Positions 59,321 through 64,000 of a stretch of 64,000 bases of DNA are shown here, in pieces. This DNA comes from Campylobacteraceae bacterium (GTDB lineage: Bacteria > Campylobacterota > Campylobacteria > Campylobacterales > Sulfurovaceae). Positions within the stretch are counted from its first letter, which is position 1. Each line of letters opens with the position of its first letter. The DNA lies in contig JAMOOP010000172.1 of the NCBI GenBank assembly GCA_027065385.1, positions 1,714 through 65,713 of the forward strand, read 5' to 3'. The notes under the pieces are model-generated. The model had not been told where the DNA came from. It was given only the letters and a program-made list of their open reading frames with translations, and ran no database searches. The translations under genes and the position numbers were made by a program.

Positions 59321-60133
59321 CTACTTTCTTAATAATTTATATGCTATTTTTCGCAAAATCACAGGACTCATTCTTAAAAAGAATCTTGCGATAATATTCC
59401 TTATAAAGGTTTTCCTATCTATAAGCCCTTCTGCATATTGTAACTTTGAAACTTTTATAGTTGATTTAAAAGCTTCCCATGATCTTCTACTGTAAAAGTT
59501 ATCATTAACTCTTATTTTTAGTAAAACTTCTGGTATATTTGCTAGTTTATAGCCCCTTGCTAGAAGAACTGACCATAGTGCTATATCTTGCCCTATGGGA
59601 AAAGGTGGGTAACCCCCTACTTCTACTATGGCACTTTTTCTCATCATAGCTACAGGATGTGCTATAGGGGTTCTTAGTTGTACAAATTTTAAAGTTTCTT
59701 CGTATGTTATAGGTAGTTTTACAATTTGTTTTATCTCTTCACTTGTATCATCAAACTCACCTAAAAATGAACCACATACAGATATATCAGGATTTTCTTT
59801 CATAAAGGCTATCTGCTTTTCAAATCTTTGAGGAAGTGATATATCATCTGTATCCATTCTAGCAACAAGTTCATAACTACAATGCTCTAATCCTACTGTT
59901 AAAGCATTGGCTAAACCTTGATTTACTTCTATCTTTACCATTTTTAAGATATCTCCAACTTCATTTTGAAAATCTAAAATAACCCTGTCTAACTCATAAG
60001 TTAGTTTTCCATCTTCTACCAAAACTATCTCTGTGGGTTTTAGTGTTTGTTCTACATAAATACTTTTTAATGCTCTTTTTAAATACTCTGGTTTTTCTTT
60101 TTTATATGCTGATAATAATACTGAAAAATTCAT
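59321..60133 (-). CDS. GT2 glycosyltransferase (AmsE-like)
   Basis: FSVLLS.YKKE.P, LVEDG, N.GL..AL..G, ARMDTDDIS.P.RFEKQ. Confidence 0.9.
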   Translation of the reverse strand: MNFSVLLSAYKKEKPEYLKRALKSIYVEQTLKPTEIVLVEDGKLTYELDRVILDFQNEVGDILKMVKIEVNQGLANALTVGLEHCSYELVARMDTDDISLPQRFEKQIAFMKENPDISVCGSFLGEFDDTSEEIKQIVKLPITYEETLKFVQLRTPIAHPVAMMRKSAIVEVGGYPPFPIGQDIALWSVLLARGYKLANIPEVLLKIRVNDNFYSRRSWEAFKSTIKVSKLQYAEGLIDRKTFIRNIIARFFLRMSPVILRKIAYKLLRK

Positions 60134-61293
60134 ATAGTTTTTCTCCTTTTTAATCTATACTTTCTATTTACTATCCAAAATAATATTGCTATTAAAAACG
60201 ATATAACCATCATTGGAAATATTTTATTAAATGCAGCCACATCCTCTAATAAAGCCATAACTAAAAGTATAAAAATATTAATACTAAATATCATACTGTA
60301 AATATTTTTACTTTTTAAAATATTTTTTAATAAAAAAATAATACCCATAAAATAAGGAACAATAAAACTTAAAAAAATAGGACTACCTATGTTATATAAA
60401 ATTTTTGGTATCGCAATAGCTACACCTGAATACAAAGAAATAAAAGGCATACCTATTGGAATCTTTGGATTATAAGATAAAAAGTTTTCTTTAAATTGTG
60501 CAGTTGTACAATCAAATAGTTGATTTATAGGAAATATCATACATTTCAACTCATCAAAACCAATTTCAAAACCATTAAAATACAATATACTTCTAAAATT
60601 CGATCTTCCAAACATATAACCAATAATCTCCAATATACTCATATCTTCTACATTTGGATTTAATAGATATTTATAAAAAAACATAATCACAAATAAGAGC
60701 ATCGATATAATTAAAAACTTTGATGTTTTAGCAAAAATCAACATTCTAATTAAGAATAAAAATACTATTGGGAATAAATAAATTCTTAATCCAACAATTA
60801 CTGTTGCAAGTAAAACTAAAAATGAAGCAATATAAAATCCATAAGATATTTTATATTGCTTTAAAACTATTACTGCTAAAAGTGATGGCATTATAATTAA
60901 AATAGGATAAGTAAAGATACCTGAACCTTTATAAAATCCTTGGCGATATTTAGAAGCAAAAATTAATATATCTGGTATAGAATGAATATATTTCATTACA
61001 AAACTTAAAAAGATAAAAAAAGATACTAAAGAAAGTAATATTAAAATGTTATCTGGTACCAATTTTTCAAAAAAGTAATATTTTTGACTTTTAAACATAT
61101 GTAATTGATTTAAAATAAAAAATGTAATAAAAATATAAAATACTAAAAATAAAGAAAAATTTTGTAAACTTCCATCATCTAACTCTTGTGGAACTATAAA
61201 AATTTCACTCACAGGTAGAAGTAATAAAATTGAAAATAAAACAAAAGTTTTTAATAGTATATTTGTTTCTATCTCTTTAATTTTAATTTGCAA
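60130..61293 (-). CDS. Putative polysaccharide polymerase Wzy
   Basis: About ten hydrophobic TM segments, very low GC, G.R motif; located in the glycan locus. Confidence 0.6.
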   Translation of the reverse strand: MQIKIKEIETNILLKTFVLFSILLLLPVSEIFIVPQELDDGSLQNFSLFLVFYIFITFFILNQLHMFKSQKYYFFEKLVPDNILILLSLVSFFIFLSFVMKYIHSIPDILIFASKYRQGFYKGSGIFTYPILIIMPSLLAVIVLKQYKISYGFYIASFLVLLATVIVGLRIYLFPIVFLFLIRMLIFAKTSKFLIISMLLFVIMFFYKYLLNPNVEDMSILEIIGYMFGRSNFRSILYFNGFEIGFDELKCMIFPINQLFDCTTAQFKENFLSYNPKIPIGMPFISLYSGVAIAIPKILYNIGSPIFLSFIVPYFMGIIFLLKNILKSKNIYSMIFSINIFILLVMALLEDVAAFNKIFPMMVISFLIAILFWIVNRKYRLKRRKTI

Positions 61294-62002
61294 TACTCAG
61301 TCCTAAAATAAATAAAGCCAATAATAAATATGCGATTAAAGAAGCATAAAATCTAAGTAACACTAAGTCATTATATACATACTGTATTAAATTATTATAT
61401 TTTCCTAATTGTGTTAGTTTTGGATCTATAAATAGAGTGATGATAATAGTATTTATACCATTAAATACAGAGGACATACCTAAAATCATAGCTCTATTGT
61501 CATTATACAAAGTAAGTAGTATTATAATCACTGGCCATGCTAAATAGTAAGGGATATAAGAGAGTAAAAAAATAGTATAAAGCTTTTTAAAATGCTTAGC
61601 TTTTTTTAATGTTTTTAGTTTTTTATAACTTTTAATATCAATATTGTTATCTTTTATAGACTTAAAAAAAGAACCATGTGTGTGCATTCTATGTAATAAT
61701 ATGATATAAATATATTCTAACTTACTTCTAATTATATATAAAATCCAAAGTAAAAGAGGAATAAAAATATAAAGATAAAGTATATCTGATGGTACTTTTA
61801 AAAGTTCATTTTTATCTGCTAAATAACCCAAAAGTGGCATAAACATAAAAATCAATGCTCTTGAAACAAGTGATAATGAAGACTGAAAAACAAATCCTGT
61901 ACTGGGATTTCCTATCTTATAACCACTTTTTCTTGAGATAGAAGTTGATGCTTCTATAGATACTAATAATCCTAAAAGTATAAAAAGTAATATTGTCATC
62001 AT
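61283..62002 (-). CDS. Amj/DUF2837-like membrane protein (putative lipid-linked glycan flippase)
   Basis: SLVSRA....MPLLG.L.D and SSVFNGI.TII.T.FIDPKL match the two conserved Amj blocks as I recall them. Confidence 0.6.
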   Translation of the reverse strand: MMTILLFILLGLLVSIEASTSISRKSGYKIGNPSTGFVFQSSLSLVSRALIFMFMPLLGYLADKNELLKVPSDILYLYIFIPLLLWILYIIRSKLEYIYIILLHRMHTHGSFFKSIKDNNIDIKSYKKLKTLKKAKHFKKLYTIFLLSYIPYYLAWPVIIILLTLYNDNRAMILGMSSVFNGINTIIITLFIDPKLTQLGKYNNLIQYVYNDLVLLRFYASLIAYLLLALFILGLSIAN

Positions 62003-62763
62003 CCTATACTTTTCCCTATCATATAGTAAATTTTAGCTCTTAGAAGTCTTAATAAACCTGTTTTATGATGATCTTCATAAGCCAATATATCAAATTTTTT
62101 TAATGCTTTATCTACACTATCATTTATCAAATCCATTCTTCTAAATACAGCTACACTTTTAATATCTATATTTTTTTTTGTATTTAAAAGATATTCTGCA
62201 TATACTTGATACTCACTAAACATAAAGTTTTCATTGTTCTTTACTAAATTTGCTAAAGTTTCTATCCAAGTACCATTATTTGTTTTTTCTATATTATTTA
62301 CAATTTCTCGTAGATAATTTTTATTAAAAAGCATCTGATTCGTTATAAAAGATTTTCCGTATAGTTTATGTTGTGGAAATACTTTTAAATATAAATTACT
62401 ATATCCTTCAACTGTTGGTTTATTTGTTGTAAAAAGAGTATTTTTTATGGCTAAAGATGGTTTTATAACTGTATCACCATCTATAATAAGAAAATCTTCT
62501 CCATCAATTGTTAAAACAGACTGATACTTTAAAAACTGTTGATAATACCAACCAAATCTATCTAATTTTAATTCTTCCTTTAGTGTATTAAAATCCAAAA
62601 TATCATTATCATTTAGTTTTATAAGATTAGCTTTGCTATATTTGGATTCTTTTGCTTTTGGTGCTATAAGATAAATATCATAATCTTTAAAATATTTTAG
62701 TATATACTTTATACTTTGTGAGTTTCCATCTTTACTTATTATTATAATTTTAATCATATTCAC
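61999..62763 (-). CDS. Glycosyltransferase-like protein (DUF6492-type)
   Basis: R.GWYYQQFLK, IDGDT (DxD) and FSEY..Y motifs. Confidence 0.6.
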   Translation of the reverse strand: MNMIKIIIISKDGNSQSIKYILKYFKDYDIYLIAPKAKESKYSKANLIKLNDNDILDFNTLKEELKLDRFGWYYQQFLKYQSVLTIDGEDFLIIDGDTVIKPSLAIKNTLFTTNKPTVEGYSNLYLKVFPQHKLYGKSFITNQMLFNKNYLREIVNNIEKTNNGTWIETLANLVKNNENFMFSEYQVYAEYLLNTKKNIDIKSVAVFRRMDLINDSVDKALKKFDILAYEDHHKTGLLRLLRAKIYYMIGKSIG

Positions 62764-63502
62764 CCTTAAATAATATAGATTTATAAAGATTATATAGTTT
62801 ATTTATTATGCTATATTTTATGTATTCTCTAGAAGTCATAATTTTCCTATTTTTTAAATCTACTGATATCCCTTGTTTTTGTAATTTTCTTACAGCATCT
62901 GGTACCCATTTACCTTTTATTACACCATTTATATAAGGAATAGCAGAGTAATTAACACAATAAAATTTATCATATTTATTTGAACGAACACTCCCTTTAT
63001 CTTCAAACTCCCAAGCATTTTCATCTCTATCTAACAAATCGAGTAAAACTTCTTTTTTCCAAAGAGACCAAACTGTAGCATTTCGATATTTACTATTTTT
63101 ATTTTTACTTACTATTTTATCTGTAACTTTTGTATATTGAGAATTTGATGAATAGAGTTGAAAATAATTAACATCATTATCTATTGCATAATTAATTAAA
63201 CTTGTTATATCTTGTGTATCTATTTTAATTGATAAAAACAGATCATCAAATGTTAAAAGTATATAATCCTCTTTTAACATCTCCACACTTTTATAAAGCA
63301 TATCTGACCAAGACTTCTCTTTCCCAACCTTTAAAGTTTTAAATCTTTCAGACTTATATTCTTTAAAATTTGTAGTAAGATATAAACTATAAGGACAATC
63401 ACTCCAATACTTTTTATAAGATTCTTCCAAAGGACTCCATAAATCGGAATTTCCATCAAAAGAAGATATAACAACTGCTATTTTTTTACTATTCATTTTC
63501 AC
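62750..63502 (-). CDS. Putative GT-A fold glycosyltransferase
   Basis: SSFD..SDLW, YW.DCPY, LLTFDDLF, W.K..L..LL...ENAWEFE, KGKW. Confidence 0.55.
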   Translation of the reverse strand: MKMNSKKIAVVISSFDGNSDLWSPLEESYKKYWSDCPYSLYLTTNFKEYKSERFKTLKVGKEKSWSDMLYKSVEMLKEDYILLTFDDLFLSIKIDTQDITSLINYAIDNDVNYFQLYSSNSQYTKVTDKIVSKNKNSKYRNATVWSLWKKEVLLDLLDRDENAWEFEDKGSVRSNKYDKFYCVNYSAIPYINGVIKGKWVPDAVRKLQKQGISVDLKNRKIMTSREYIKYSIINKLYNLYKSILFKGEYD

Positions 63503-63989
63503 TCTTTAGTTTTTTTAATATCTTTGCAGGATTACCTACTACAATACAATTTGATTCAATATCTTTAGTTACAACTGAACCAGCCCCAATAATTACATCA
63601 TCACCAATCGTTATACCCATAAGTATTATAGCCCCTGTTCCAATTTGCACATTGTTTCCTATAAATATTGGTTTATCTATATGAGATTGATTCAATTTAT
63701 CTTTAGTTACATCTAGTCCTGTACTAACTATCTTGCAACCTGCTGAAAAAGAGACATCATTACCTACTGTTATACCACCTCTAGCATTTATATATACTCC
63801 ATCATTAATAGTTACATTATTACCTACAATCAATTTTTGAGGTTTTTGTAAGTAAAAACTTCCATATATTCTAAAATGACTGCCACATTGTTTTATGACT
63901 TTTGATACATAAAATTGTTGTATTTTTATGAATACTTTTTTTAGATAATGGAAAATTAAAAAAGAATGATTTATTTTTTTAGATAGCAC
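63489..63989 (-). CDS. Hexapeptide-repeat O-acyltransferase (maltose/galactoside acetyltransferase-like)
   Basis: IGNNVQIGTGAIILMGITIGDDVIIGAGSVVTKD, VGNPAK. Confidence 0.9.
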   Translation of the reverse strand: MLSKKINHSFLIFHYLKKVFIKIQQFYVSKVIKQCGSHFRIYGSFYLQKPQKLIVGNNVTINDGVYINARGGITVGNDVSFSAGCKIVSTGLDVTKDKLNQSHIDKPIFIGNNVQIGTGAIILMGITIGDDVIIGAGSVVTKDIESNCIVVGNPAKILKKLKSENE

Positions 63990-64000
63990 TTATAAACTGT

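Noticed and set aside
2374-59831. Other short ORFs in the track nested in long genes (for example 2374, 5699, 7997, 10000, 10722, 12109, 20359, 20777, 22526, 23637, 26532, 30187, 33408, 38591, 39029, 54034, 58138, 59628)
   Set aside because: All overlap well-supported genes on the opposite strand or in another frame and show no family motifs.
1-64000. CRISPR array, tRNA, rRNA, prophage or reverse-transcriptase system
   Set aside because: I saw no regularly spaced repeats, cloverleaf or rRNA-like GC-rich tracts, phage structural genes, integrase or RT motifs. A manual read could miss a degenerate element.

Overview
A very AT-rich chromosomal window from a Campylobacterota bacterium, most likely Sulfurovum-like (inferred from the pgbA-glcD pair, the bamD-lon and fdx-ndk-yceD-rpmF-plsX-fabH gene order, and a Zn-free L32). 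Most of it is housekeeping: proC, bamD, lon, acpP-fabF-accA, leuA, murI, rho, lysA-pheA-hisC-dxs, metK, ndk, rpmF, plsX, fabH. Accessory parts are two tandem giant Calx-beta/GEVED adhesins sharing an MshQ-like C-terminus, two type II TA modules with visible operators, a sapCDEF-like type I secretion operon and the distal end of a surface-polysaccharide locus. Five signals stand out. (1) The first gene of the T1SS operon is an in-frame fusion of a RAYT/Y1 transposase, whose HUH motif is destroyed, to SapC, with an apparent remnant end motif upstream. (2) An unannotated leucine-rich leader peptide lies upstream of leuA with no intrinsic terminator. (3) A candidate anti-Shine-Dalgarno sRNA overlaps an antisense small ORF. 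(4) yihY appears to start at an ATT codon. (5) An Amj-like flippase, a class IV aminotransferase and an aldolase sit inside the glycan locus. No rRNA, tRNA or CRISPR array was seen. All family calls come from motif recognition by eye, not from database searches.
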